Source of the DNA: Octopus bimaculoides
Lineage: Eukaryota
Assembly: GCF_001194135.2 (NCBI RefSeq)
Contig: NC_068983.1
Location: 61,008,610-61,072,609, forward strand
DNA length: 64,000 bases
Reading direction: 5' to 3'
Within the stretch, counting starts at the first letter, position 1. The number at the start of each line of letters is the position of its first letter. The notes below the pieces were generated by a model that worked only from the letters and a program-made list of their open reading frames with translations, did no database searches and was not told the DNA's origin. Below are positions 1-11,927 of this stretch, one piece after another. Made by a program: the position numbers and the translations under genes.

Positions 1-997
1 GGTATTGGAGCAGTCCTGTTTCACTGCTATCCTGATGGAAGCGAGCGCCCAATATTCAATATGTCCAAGACTCTTACTTCTGCACAGCGTAACTACAGTC
101 AAATTCAAAAGGAATCCCTAGCTATCATATTTGGCTTGCAGAAGTTTTACCAATATTTGTACGGTCGTAAATTCGTACTCGTGACTGACCACAAGCCACT
201 GACATCACTGTTCAGTCCGAGGAAAGGGATGCCACTTCTCGCTGCTAACAGACTAGCACGATGGGCCCTGTGGCTGAACCAGTTTGACTACACCATTGAA
301 TATCGGAAATCAGCAGATCATGGCAATGCTGATGCCCTCAGTCGCTTGCCATTCAGTGATGACAACGCCTTTGACAGAAAAGAAAATGGTGAAGACATAG
401 ACATGGTGTGTACCATCAAAGCTCTCAGCATTCAAGTCCAACCTGTAGATGCTAATTTCCTCCGTCAAGAGTCAGGAAAAGATCCAGTGATATCTACAGT
501 GTTGCGCTACGTCCGTGAAGGCTGGCCACCAAAAAACATGGAGATCAATGACNNNNNNNNNNCAGCCATCTAAGCCTCCAGTTCACCCATGGATGTTACC
601 AGAAAAGCCGTGCAGCCGCTTACACCTGGACCACGCAATAAATTTTATGGGTAGAGATTGGTTGGTGATCACAGATGCTTATTCCAAGTACCCATGCATT
701 CATCCTACTTCTTCCACGTCTTCCAAAGCCACTTTAAATCTGCTTGAGGAAGACTTTGCGCACTTCGGATTTCCTCACACACTGGTCACCGATAACGCAC
801 CAACTTTTACGTCTGCGGAGTTCCAGAGCTGGTGCAAAGAACGTGGGATCACACACCTGACAGGGCCACCTTACCACCCAGCTACCAACGGAGCAGCGGA
901 ACGTTTGGTGCAAACCTTCAAACAAGCTCTGAGGAAGTCTTCTCTTCCGCCGACACGAGCACTTCAAGAATTCTTGATGCAGTACCGGAGAACACCG
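1..997 (+). mobile_element. Ty3/Gypsy pol fragment (RNase H, then integrase core), broken by gaps
   Basis: RNase H motifs RNYSQIQKESLAIIFG, LVTDHKPL, GNADALSRLP; integrase motifs HLDHA, TLVTDNAPTFTS, YHPATNGAAERLVQTFK. The 10-N gap at 553-562 lies where the integrase zinc-binding domain should be. Confidence 0.93.
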
Positions 998-1722
998 NNN
1001 NNNNNNNNNNNNNNNNNNNNNNNNNNNNNNNNNNNNNNNNNNNNNNNNNNNNNNNNNNNNNNNNNNNNNNNNNNNNNNNNNNNNNNNNNNNNNNNNNNNN
1101 NNNNNNNNNNNNNNNNNNNNNNNNNNNNNNNNNNNNNNNNNNNNNNNNNNNNNNNNNNNNNNNNNNNNNNNNNNNNNNNNNNNNNNNNNNNNNNNNNNNN
1201 NNNNNNNNNNNNNNNNNNNNNNNNNNNNNNNNNNNNNNNNNNNNNNNNNNNNNNNNNNNNNNNNNNNNNNNNNNNNNNNNNNNNNNNNNNNNNNNNNNNN
1301 NNNNNNNNNNNNNNNNNNNNNNNNNNNNNNNNNNNNNNNNNNNNNNNNNNNNNNNNNNNNNNNNNNNNNNNNNNNNNNNNNNNNNNNNNNNNNNNNNNNN
1401 NNNNNNNNNNNNNNNNNNNNNNNNNNNNNNNNNNNNNNNNNNNNNNNNNNNNNNNNNNNNNNNNNNNNNNNNNNNNNNNNNNNNNNNNNNNNNNNNNNNN
1501 NNNNNNNNNNNNNNNNNNNNNNNNNNNNNNNNNNNNNNNNNNNNNNNNNNNNNNNNNNNNNNNNNNNNNNNNNNNNNNNNNNNNNNNNNNNNNNNNNNNN
1601 NNNNNNNNNNNNNNNNNNNNNNNNNNNNNNNNNNNNNNNNNNNNNNNNNNNNNNNNNNNNNNNNNNNNNNNNNNNNNNNNNNNNNNNNNNNNNNNNNNNN
1701 NNNNNNNNNNNNNNTGGGGAGG

Positions 1723-1986
1723 TGTTATATGGACTGTTAGATATGTAATTCGTCTGACGTTCCGTGTGTCATTGTGGTTCGTCTGAGTTCATTGTTTCAT
1801 TGTTGTTGTCTTGTGTGACTCTCGTAGTAAAATGTCATTGATATATATGGCGGACATGACTTTTGTTTATTCATAACGAACATTGGGTGAGCGCGTTCTT
1901 TGTATGTAATTGAATAATAAATGTAATAATTAAATTTGTATAACTCGTTGTGTTATCTCTGCGAGTCTTCCGAGGGAAATACAACA
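1723..1986 (+). mobile_element. 3' LTR of the Gypsy element
   Basis: Polypurine tract GGGGAGG (1716-1722) directly before TGTTATA; ends TACAACA (6/7 inverted match); internal AATAAA near 1916. Confidence 0.75.
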
Positions 1987-2260
1987 CAAACCTCGGGTGA
2001 AGGTCTCTCGCACGGCAAGTGTTCCACTGCGCAGCAGGTCAGACCTGGTCGTTATTCAAATACTGCTATAAAGACTAGAAAAAAACAGACTCAAAATGAC
2101 GGATAGAACTGTAATAGAATGTTATTACAGAAGTGAACCTACAAAAAGAGGATACCGGAAAAGAATACATAAAATTTGGACAGAGGAAAACATGTTCCCA
2201 TTACTGAGCAAAGACTTCTGGACCAAAACAAATTATTCGTGAAAAGGCATATATCTAACT
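1987..2260 (+). mobile_element. 5' part of a decayed R4/Dong-like RLE non-LTR retrotransposon
   Basis: Frameshifted translation VIECYYRSEPTKRGYRKRIHKIWTEENMFP-ITEQRLLDQ resembles the N-terminus typical of this group. Confidence 0.65.
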
Positions 2261-2410
2261 GGGATGGCGCAGGCGTGGCAGTGTGGTAAGAAGCTTGCTT
2301 CCGGTATAGCGTTTGTTAGTGGAATTGTTGCATTTGAGTGTTACACATTTGTTTTTGTTTTTTTTTTGTTTTTTGCTGTCTTGGCGGTGCGACGTTTTTC
2401 CTCTCGTTTA

Positions 2411-3730
2411 ATGGAGGGGCGTCGAGTTAGGAGTTGCGAAGGCTTGAATTGTTCTGTTTCAGACGTTATAGACTGTCCTTCGTCTGAGGAAGAAATGGTG
2501 GAGTGTCTAAAGAAGATAGACGAAGCAATGGAAATAAGGAAATATGCTGCAGCGACAAAAGAAAAAAGCGAAGATGTGAGGCTGGAGGATATGAGCAAGT
2601 TCAAGGGAATGCTTAAAAGGGAGAGGAACGAAGAAGTTTTAAAGGAAGCAGCAGAAAGGACAATAACTTACCGAACATACTCAATGGCAACAAGGAAGAT
2701 CGAGATTGTGTCAACGCCGCAAATAGAAAAGGCACTGAGACCAATTTGGCAAGGGATTTCCTACCTTGCCAGAGGAAAAAAGTTTGAAACGGTGGAGGTG
2801 CAGTTCAGAAAGGTAGCTACCGCTAGGCTTCATTCAGCAACACTGCTGAAAACTGATAAAGTGGTTCTTCTACCCGTATACCTTGGGAGACGTGCTTCCA
2901 GAGTTAGGGTAGAAGAAATACTTCCAGAAGTGGATGGAGCCTGGCTGGTGGCTGCCATACTGCTAGGCATGGCAGTGAAGGTGGTGGTCCTCCAGGCCAC
3001 TAGAACACTCCATAGGAACTGGCAGAGACAAACCCTTGATATGGTGGTGCAAGTCGCGGAAGAAAACATAGAAAAGATGGTCGAGACCATCACAGAAGGA
3101 GAGACAATATTGAAAGTCAGAGTGGAAGGGAGGATTCCGCGGTCCTATAAATGTGGCCTGAAAGGGCACATTAGAGCGGATTGTCCTCCACCACTAGAAA
3201 AGGCTAAGGAGAGACAGGAGAGTGAGAAAGTGGCTGGTTCTACACAGCCCGTGGAGGAAAAGGAAAGTGATGTGGCACCACAGGCGAAGACAAGTACCAA
3301 CGTCGAGGAAGAGGAGGCAAACACCAGCTGGGAAATAGCGCTAAAAAAGAGAAGGAAAAGGAGAAAGAGGACACACATATTAAAGGATGACCTCCAACCC
3401 ACACCCACCCTGCCCCCACCCACACCCACTCTACGCCAACCACTCCGTACAGACACCAACCCTCCTCATACCCTGTCTGACATAAAAGCAAGTGCAAACA
3501 CACAGGAACCTCAAACTTACCCACCCCCGTCTTGTAAGGAAAAATATGTAATAATGTATAATGGACAAAATGAAGAACTGTACAATGAGGTAGACTCGTG
3601 CGACTGAGTAATTAAAGTGGATATAACGGGAGTAAGGGGTCTGCCCGAGAACATTCACAGCGCGTTGGCGGACCCGGAGTACCTGTTTAGATTACATAAG
3701 TATGTGGGAAATTATGACTGCCAGTGGTGA
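2411..3730 (+). mobile_element. Tx1/L1-type ORF1-like (RRM-like plus zinc knuckle) reading frame with one in-frame stop
   Basis: Likely ATG at 2411 (MEGRRVRS). VRVEGRIPRSYKCGLKGHIRADC is a CCHC knuckle with the first Cys replaced by Ser. Basic KKRRKRRKR and Pro/Thr-rich tail follow. The frame continues 40 codons past TGA 3605-3607 to 3730, then a short A-run. Confidence 0.6.
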
Positions 3731-3739
3731 GTCAAAAAA

Positions 3740-5430
3740 ATAGACACCAGCACAATGCCGGAACGGATAAGGTTGCAAAGGAAGTATAACATGAGACACA
3801 AAGGACTACAAGTGTTAAAGAAAAATTAATACAAAGAATCACAGCAGTGTCTGATATTTTAAAAAATGAGACCAGCGGAGACCAAATCAGTACCAACAGA
3901 ATATATTTTTCAAGAACCATGAAAGAAAATTCTATAAACAACTGAACAATGAAGAGGAGCATCGGGGGAATATGTCAAATACTGAAGCAGAAAGAAAATC
4001 TAGACAGAAATCTAAAGTAAAGAAATTTAACAGAAATCTAGAGCAAAGAAATTTAGCATTATATCACCGTGACAAGTATGCTGTGAAAATCCAGGCCTGC
4101 CTATGAGTTTACCAAATCAGAGATGAGAATAAATCATCTACTTTAAATGGATAAGTTCTAGCTGTTTACAAAAAATGAGACAGACCTGTATTCTTTGATC
4201 CAAACAGTGACAGTATTCAGTAAAGATACAGGAATGCAGTTTAGCGTAGATAATTGCGCAGTAATAACTATGAAGGAGAAATGAGAGAGAAGGTCATTAA
4301 AATTACAAGAGGAAGCTGTTCGAAAGAAAATTAAATGGAGGATTCATCATGAAATCCATAAATACATGGGCTATGTCAGTATTGAGACACTTTGCTCTCT
4401 TTCTGAAATGAACAAAGGTCGGGTTACAGAACTTGGGTAGAAGAACTAGAAAGCTGCTCACGATGCACAACGCACTCCACTCTATTACCGGATGACGCTC
4501 TCTCTATCAAAAAAGAAAGATGGCAGAGGATTACTAAATGCAGGAGACATTGTTAATACCACGATAGAGGGTTTGAAAAATGATGATATGCAGAGTAAAG
4601 AGAGAATACTTTTGGCAGCAACAGATACTCAAAAATTGATTGAAATAGTTGGAGGATTGAACGAGAAAAGAAACAAAGGCAGAAAAAACAAATGCAAACA
4701 AATGGAACTACATGGCCAATTCATGCAACAAACCGAGAATGTTCGCAGTAAAGATCGCTGGCTCTGGTTGACAGATGGAAAGCTGAAATGAAAGACACAG
4801 ATGCTAATTATAGCTGCTCAGGGACAAGCTCTTAGAACAAATTTGATAAAGGCAAAGCTCGACAAAACTCAGTCTGACAGTAAATGGAGATTGTGTAGTA
4901 AAGGAGACGAATGTTTCAGTCACGTTTTGAGTGAGTGCAATATACAAGCACAAAAGGAGCACAAAAGCAGACGTGACTGTATTGGAAAAAGAGTGCATTG
5001 GGATATTAGCCTAGTGAGTGGCTTCAAAACAACAGAAACGCGGTATGAACACGAACTAGACGCTGTGATAGAAAATAAGAATTATATCATTTTGTGGGAT
5101 TTCCTTGCAAAGACTGACCATATTATTGAACCAAGAGCAACTTCGATTATAGAGGACAATATAAACAGTGCAGGATCATAGATTTTGCACTCCCTCGGAT
5201 ATCAAAGAAATGATAAAAATTGAGTGATATCAGAATCTAACCAGAGGATTGAGGAGACTGAGAAAGACCAAGACAATAATTATTCTTGTAGTAAGCTGTG
5301 CACTTGGTACAGCGCCCAAAATGCAACCTAAAACACTGAAAGAGATTGAAACTCGCATTGTCGACCTACAGAATATTGTCATCCTATATTCTGCAAGAAT
5401 CGTAAGAAAGAATTTTGAGATTTGAGGAGA
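3740..5430 (+). pseudogene. Remainder of the decayed R4/Dong-like element (RT C-terminus, CCHC finger, RLE nuclease)
   Basis: GRGLLN, LHGQF, WL..GKLK, IIAAQGQALRTN, RLC..HVLSEC, ILWDF and a terminal ALG..PK-type segment, with many stops and frameshifts. Confidence 0.8.
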
Positions 5431-5749
5431 GTTGTTGTTCTTGAATAAATTTTCTAAATTAGGCAGCAGCCAGAATAGACACAACGGGAAGTGGATAGCA
5501 TTTAAAATCTAATAAATAGAAAGACGTAGAAAGCTGTAGAGCGACAAAAGTAGAAAGTATAAAAAAAACATCTTTCAATCATGAATGAAATCGGTAATAA
5601 AAAATAAATACAATATATATATTGCAGAAATGCAAAATAGTACCAAAAAAGATCAATTTGATATCAAAGAGCACCAACGGCAAAAGATCTTCGTCAAATC
5701 GCGAATAATTTACTGGTATGAAAAGCAACTCACATCCTTGAACAAAACA

Positions 5750-6300
5750 TAAATTAGCCTCATACTAAAACAGTTTCTATGTCAAAAAAAGACATAGAAG
5801 CTTGTTTACTGCTTACAGCGAAAGAAATAGAATGAATTGGATGTGCAGTATAAACAGAAGTGGATTTGTATGTAGAATGGATTGATTACAAGAAGACTTT
5901 TGGTATGATTCCTCTTTCGTGGATTCTGAAAGCATTAATCATAAGTTAGCATCAATTACAAGCAGGTACAGCAAACATACCATAATTAAATGGAAAACGG
6001 TATTCTGATTCAAACAAAAGAAGGAATTGTGGAAATAAAAGCAAATCCCAATCGAAACAGTAATGTTCCAAAGTCATCGCTATTCCACTCCAATTATTTC
6101 TGCAGCTGACACTATTTACCGACCGACATACAAAACTCGACACTGGGTACGAATGGCAATCAACTATCTGAATTGCATTGCAAATGACGAACAACTATAA
6201 TCTATTAGATGCAGTACACGGACTCAGTCTGGCATGTTCAGCGAAGGCCACGCTGAAGAAAGGAAAATTAATAAAAAGCAAAAATATCAGATTAGAAAAC
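5750..6300 (+). pseudogene. Second, older RLE-type RT fragment
   Basis: Recoverable pieces WIDYKKT..IPLSWILKAL and AKATLKKGKL. Confidence 0.45.
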
Positions 6301-6999
6301 TGACTTATAAATAATTGGAATGAATAATAAAACTATAATACACACAAAGGTAATAAAAATTTAGTAAGGAATATTACAGACGTATTAGAATAATATTTGA
6401 TAATATTAATATTATATAGAGTTAAATGCAAAATATTATGCAATAGTCATCAATATTCAAGAAATAAGTTATAGAAATAGTTCAAACAGAAGCTCAGTGA
6501 ATTAGCCAGAGAAAAGAAGGGTAAACATTAACTGCACGTAAATCTGGACAAGTTAACAAGTATTATAGCCACGGGAACACATGAAGCGAGAAGTATTCAG
6601 CTGTTAGAAAACGTTTGGAATGTATTTACTATTTGATTGTACAGTCACCTCATAATGAATAGCAAGGAAACAATACAAATAGCATAAAATTTGGAGAAAT
6701 TGTTTTTCAAAACTATCATTTTCAGAGAGGTTATTAAATAACTTGAAGTAAACTTTTGAAGAGGATTAAGAAACAACAACAGAAATTGCGAAACAGTTCT
6801 TCAAAATGGTGATAAAAAAACAAAAAGATGGAGTAGCCATGGGTCCAGATTATTTCTAATTGTAATATAGAACAATGCAGTACCAAACACAGATATATAA
6901 TATGCATTTGGTGTTAGGAAATTAAAAACAAAATGGAGAGGATGGTCATTACCCAACAAAACTAGACAACGCAGAAATAGATAAATAACAATTTCAAAT

Positions 7000-7180
7000 C
7001 TCGGTACAGGGCCAGTAGCTTTTAAGAGAGAGGGAAGTCGATTACATCGATTCGAGTATTTGACAAGTACTTATTTTATCAACTCCAAAAGTATGAGAGG
7101 CAAGGTCGACATCAGCGGAATTTGAACTCAGAACATAAAGACGAACGAAATGCTGCTAACGATTCTACCAGCTCGTCAAC
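7000..7180 (-). mobile_element. tRNA-derived SINE, short family (as 63612-63827), decayed
   Basis: Reverse complement carries GAGTTCAAATTCCGC..GTCGAC..TTGCCT..GATAAAATAAGTAC. Confidence 0.75.
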
Positions 7181-8499
7181 TTAGTAAAGTCTTCATCACA
7201 AGAAACTATGGAAAATAGATGAGGGAGGATGTAAAAAAATAAGCTGTTTCTGGCAGCTCCATCACAGTGGAGTAAATAAACAAACATTATAGATATGATG
7301 GGGTGGGTGCTATATACTAGAACCTATGCCAAATCTATAGATTTATCCGCTGAAAATGAAATGGTAAAACTTACTCAATGAAATCAATAAAGGAGAATGA
7401 CGAATTGAGCATACTCTAGAAATTATTTTACTCAGACAATAAGATGATGACAATAAATAGTATTCCCAAATACCACCAGAGAAAGCATGTCTCATAAAAG
7501 ACATTACAATATATCTCTGAGCGAAATTTGAGAATTTATAAAACTATAAAAATCTGGAAAGAAAGATGTCTAGAATCTGGGTTTCAAATTGTAAGAGCCT
7601 GAAAAATAGGAGCCTTGTAGCCAAAACCCCAAAACCTACAAATATAGAATGTTTAGAAAGTAGCACTACTTAGGTACTTCGTAAAATATTACGTAAGATG
7701 TTCACAATGCAATAAAACAGACATGAAAAATAGGCAAGCTGTAAACAGATTGTACAAAACCGTTTGTACAAGATGAAACCATTAATACGTATTTATAACA
7801 AAAATATTAGTGCTATATTAACGATGATATACTTACTGCGACTCCAAAAATGCATAGACATATTTCTAAGAACAGCATGAGACCCATTATCGTTGTTGAT
7901 GTGGATACCATTATCTTGGAGAGGTTGCAATTGTCTGAGGAACCGTTGGTTTATCACTGAAATACCCGTTTAGTTACCTCTCTCTCTTTCTATGGATGAA
8001 ATGTTGTTGTAATAAAGATAGTTTGATTTATATATATATATATATACATATATATACTTATATATATATGCAAGCTTGTGAATATAAGCTTATGCGTGCT
8101 CTCCCGTGATTGTTTGTGTGTTGATGTATCCGTGTGTTTTAATGTATGTTTGTTTGAAACATTAAAAGTGAAAAGAAATAAAAATCGGAAGGCCAGAAGA
8201 TAGACAGAGAAGGAAAGAGGGGGTGAATTAGAAAGTGTGGGGAGGAAATCAAAGAAATACGTACAGTAGAGTTGATGTGAAATTGGATGGAGAAAATTGT
8301 TCTCCAAGTCCGCCTCCAAATTATAATTCTAGTCCCATTGGCTATAAAATATTTGTGGGGAGTGGAAGAAGATTGCTTGGCTACATTATGTAATTATTTC
8401 TTTGAGGTTTAGGGCAAAATAATACAATTCAAATGTCCCAGTTTAGAAAAGATAATCTATGGTGATGGAGAACTTATTCAGTTAATATGTTACTTACAA

Positions 8500-8815
8500 T
8501 TAGTACGGCGAGGTGGCAAAATCATTTGCATGTATAATCCAAATGATTAAGTTCGCTTCGCATTTACTGTTTCCTGGGTTCGATCTTACTGCATGGCACC
8601 GTGTGTAAATATCACTTTCGTAGCCTAGGGTCGACTCACGTTCTGTGAGTGAAATTAGAGGGACAGAAATTGTATAAATTCCCATCGAGTGGATTCTATC
8701 TACAATTCAATAGATACAGATTTGTCACACAGCCATGCCGATTCTGCCCGAGAATTACGCTAATGGTGCAATGTTTTTGCAGAATAGTCAGCACTTACTT
8801 GTTAATTCAGGAGCA
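8500..8815 (+). mobile_element. Old tRNA-derived SINE
   Basis: B-box-like GGGTTCGATC followed by a TTGTCACACAG..GAGAATTACGCTAA module shared with 31626-32018 and 17047-17220. Confidence 0.5.
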
Positions 8816-8827
8816 GGTAATATTCAA

Positions 8828-8828
<1 letters not shown>

Positions 8829-8863
<35 letters not shown>

Positions 8864-9027
8864 GTGCGTGCGCAGGCGCGGTTGTTGGGTAAGAAGCTTG
8901 CTTCCCAACCACATGGTTTTAGATTCGGTCCCACTGCGTGACACCTTGGCAAATATCTTCTCCAATAACCTCGGGCCGATCAAGCTGAAAGAAACCCGTC
9001 GCATAGATATATGTAGATATTTGTATA

Positions 9028-9076
<49 letters not shown>

Positions 9077-9321
9077 NNNNNNNNNNNNNNNNNNNNNNNN
9101 NNNNNNNNNNNNNNNNNNNNNNNNNNNNNNNNNNNNNNNNNNNNNNNNNNNNNNNNNNNNNNNNNNNNNNNNNNNNNNNNNNNNNNNNNNNNNNNNNNNN
9201 NNNNNNNNNNNNNNNNNNNNNNNNNNNNNNNNNNNNNNNNNNNNNNNNNNNNNNNNNNNNNNNNNNNNNNNNNNNNNNNNNNNNNNNNNNNNNNNNNNNN
9301 NNNNNNNNNNNNNNNNNNNNN

Positions 9322-9356
<35 letters not shown>
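8829..9356. repeat. (TG)n and (TA)n microsatellites around a SINE 5' half (8872-9000) and a gap
   Basis: Direct reading; SINE head GCGCAGGCGC..GGTAAGAAGCTTGCTTCCCAACCACATGG. Confidence 0.85.
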
Positions 9357-9358
<2 letters not shown>

Positions 9359-10571
9359 TTGTATGCGTGTATGCATGAATAGATAGATATTGCTGACGCC
9401 ATAAGAATTTATACGCTTTCGAGCGAACATGAAATAATTCTTTCTTAAAATAGTGGATCTCGAAATACATAAAGCTATAAATAATAACATGTAAATGCAT
9501 ACATATGTCCGTGTGTTTGTATGCGTATTTCGGAAATCGATATATGATGGTGGATTTCCTGAGCACAATAGGTGTAACATAGAATAGTCGAGGAGAATCC
9601 AATGAGATATTGATACGTGAATTTCTAGACGATGCTGAACATTCTCAGGTAATTCAGCACTAATGTGAACTGAAGAAATGGACAATAAATTGTTCTACAC
9701 GTTTTCGGTGAATTTGAACATACAATCTACTTGAATAACTCAGAGGAGAAGGTTTTTATGTATCATTAACTTTCTCATACATTCTATTGGTGAGTTCGAT
9801 AATGATGTTCACTTGAATCCCCTAAGTCGGAAGGAAAAGAGTTAAGTAGAGAAGAAATTCCAGAATGTAGCAGTTCTAAGACAAAAGTATTAGGAATGTG
9901 TTTTGTGCAAGAAGTACGAAACAAAATAGGTGAGAAAAATAGTATGTTAGATCAATCTGGATGAGGGTGTAATAAAAACTAACTAGTTCAGAAGATCAGA
10001 ACCAGCTGTATTATCAATAGAAGAGACAACTAAAGAAAACACCACATCAGTGTGAGGTGTGGCTTCGCTCAGATTAGAACCGCTTCACTCAGATTCTCAG
10101 TTTAGAACCAGAGCCGAATTATATCGCCATAAAAGAAACATGAACATCTACGTCAATGTTTCTCCACCAATCAGTATCGGTAGCAAATAAACATCATCAC
10201 CAGCGCCATAACTATTTACCACTATTACTTTATTTGAGTTACTTCCCCAAACGTGACGCAAAAGTAGGTAGGAACGTATTATTGTACCGATGAGAAGATT
10301 GTCTTGTTTCAGTAAAAATGACGCTAGGATTTTAGTCTTGAGATCATTTTCATTGCTTTTTTTTGGTTCTTGTTTTAGAAGCTATCTTTATCTTTTAATT
10401 CGTGTCCAACGAAATAATACTGCTTGCGCTGCTTGGATAGTGAGGAGCAAAAACTTTCAAGTGATGAACATAACGTCTTACAAGATTTCATTTTGTTTTT
10501 AGGTTCCAAGTTCAAATCCTGCTAAAGCTGACTTAACCTTTAATTTTTCTATGGTCGATGTACACACACGC

Positions 10572-10614
<43 letters not shown>

Positions 10615-11274
10615 TTGTGACTTTTGAGCAATGATGTAAACGTGGTGAGTAATTAAGAAATTCGCTTTGTAATCGGATTATTCTGGATTCACTTCTACTG
10701 CAGGAGAGCTTGGGTATCATCAACTATTGCCTTATTTAAAATAGTTAATCAGAATTCCGTAATAGAAATAAGACAATACTCGTTCAATTTTTATAATGTA
10801 TTTTTTTAATGACTTTCGGACTTAAGTTTTAAACTTCTGAGATGCAAAATCTGCAATTTTTATTTCATTTCAAATTTTTAAGAAATAGGAATTAATTAGG
10901 ATTAAAGGACTTTCCTGTTACAGTATAGTTGTCAGTACAGTTGTGGGTATAAGTTTATTTGTCTGCATTTAAACAGTATAATTTGTTTGCATTTGCCACC
11001 ACTTTTCCAGCTTTAATAAATTGACAATGTGACCACAATATTTATACACGTCAAATCCAAACAAAATTTATTTTACAAACAATAAAATGCGCTGCAGCAT
11101 TTGCACTGTAAATGTTCTAATTCAGATATTCCGACGAGGATTGACAGACAAATTACCATATTTTGTAGACAAATTGCCATATCGACATGCCGATAAATGG
11201 TTTCTACTTAAGTTTACTGTGAAAACTTTGGTTTGTTTATGTAAAAAAAATGTCTAAAACTGTTCTTTTTATTC

Positions 11275-11592
11275 TTTTATTCTCTTACTTGTTTCAGTCA
11301 TTTGACTGCGGCCATGCTGGAGCACCGCCTTAAAGGGGGTTTCAGTCCAAGAAATCGATCTCAGGATTTATTCTTTGTAACCCTGGTACTTATTCTATCG
11401 GCTTCTTATACCGAACCGCTAAGTTACGGAGACGTAAGCACACCAACATCGGTTGCCAAGTCGATGGTGGGTGAATTTGGTTGGCTTGAGGCTATAGTAG
11501 AAGGCATTTGTCCAAGGTACCACGTAGTGGGACCTTGGAACCCGGAACCATGTGGTTGGGAAACAATCTTCTTACCACTCAGTCACGCCTAC
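11275..11592 (-). mobile_element. Long-family tRNA-derived SINE
   Basis: Matches 30455-30870 over the TTTCAGTCATTTGACTGCGGCCATGCTGGAGCACCGCC and head modules. Confidence 0.85.
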
Positions 11593-11649
11593 GCGTTGTC
11601 TGACGACAATGTTATAACTAAAGCATTGCTGTATTGTTAAGAAGAATGC

Positions 11650-11927
11650 TTTGCAACAACGGAGTTTCAGGTTTAGACACATTGTGCGGCACGTTGGGTA
11701 AGTGTCTTCTATTGTAGCCCCGAAACGACGAATGCTTTGTGAGTGAATTTGGTAGATGGAAATTGAGTGGCGGATTGTCGGGCTCGCGTGCGCATGTGTG
11801 TGTGTGCGTTTTACCCTCACCACTTTGCAAGCAGTGTTGGTTTGTTTCGTCTTCATATCTGAGTGGTTCAGCACAAAAGACCGATAGAATAAGTACTATA
11901 TCTAAAGATAAGTACTAGAGTCGATTT
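11650..11927 (+). mobile_element. Long-family SINE, 5' part, interrupted by the PLE
   Basis: GGCACGTTGGGTAAGTGTCTTCT..GACCGATAGAATAAGTACT..GAGTCGATTT; resumes at 14460. Confidence 0.75.

Noticed and set aside
2264-2410. N-terminal 49 aa of the 447-aa ORF as a transmembrane leader
   Set aside because: Derived from a SINE head and a T-rich tract; ATG 2411 is the more plausible start.
3538-3604. KYVIMYNGQNEELYNEVDSC resembles the RNase H1 hybrid-binding domain spacing
   Set aside because: Key Trp and the downstream motif are missing; match too weak without a profile search.
6700-7700. Possible very old PLE or RLE fragments (for example KQKDGVAMGP)
   Set aside because: Only isolated short motifs; boundaries and family cannot be supported.
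7930-7975. CTGAGGA..GAAAT hammerhead-like string
   Set aside because: Stem II and stem I do not pair convincingly.
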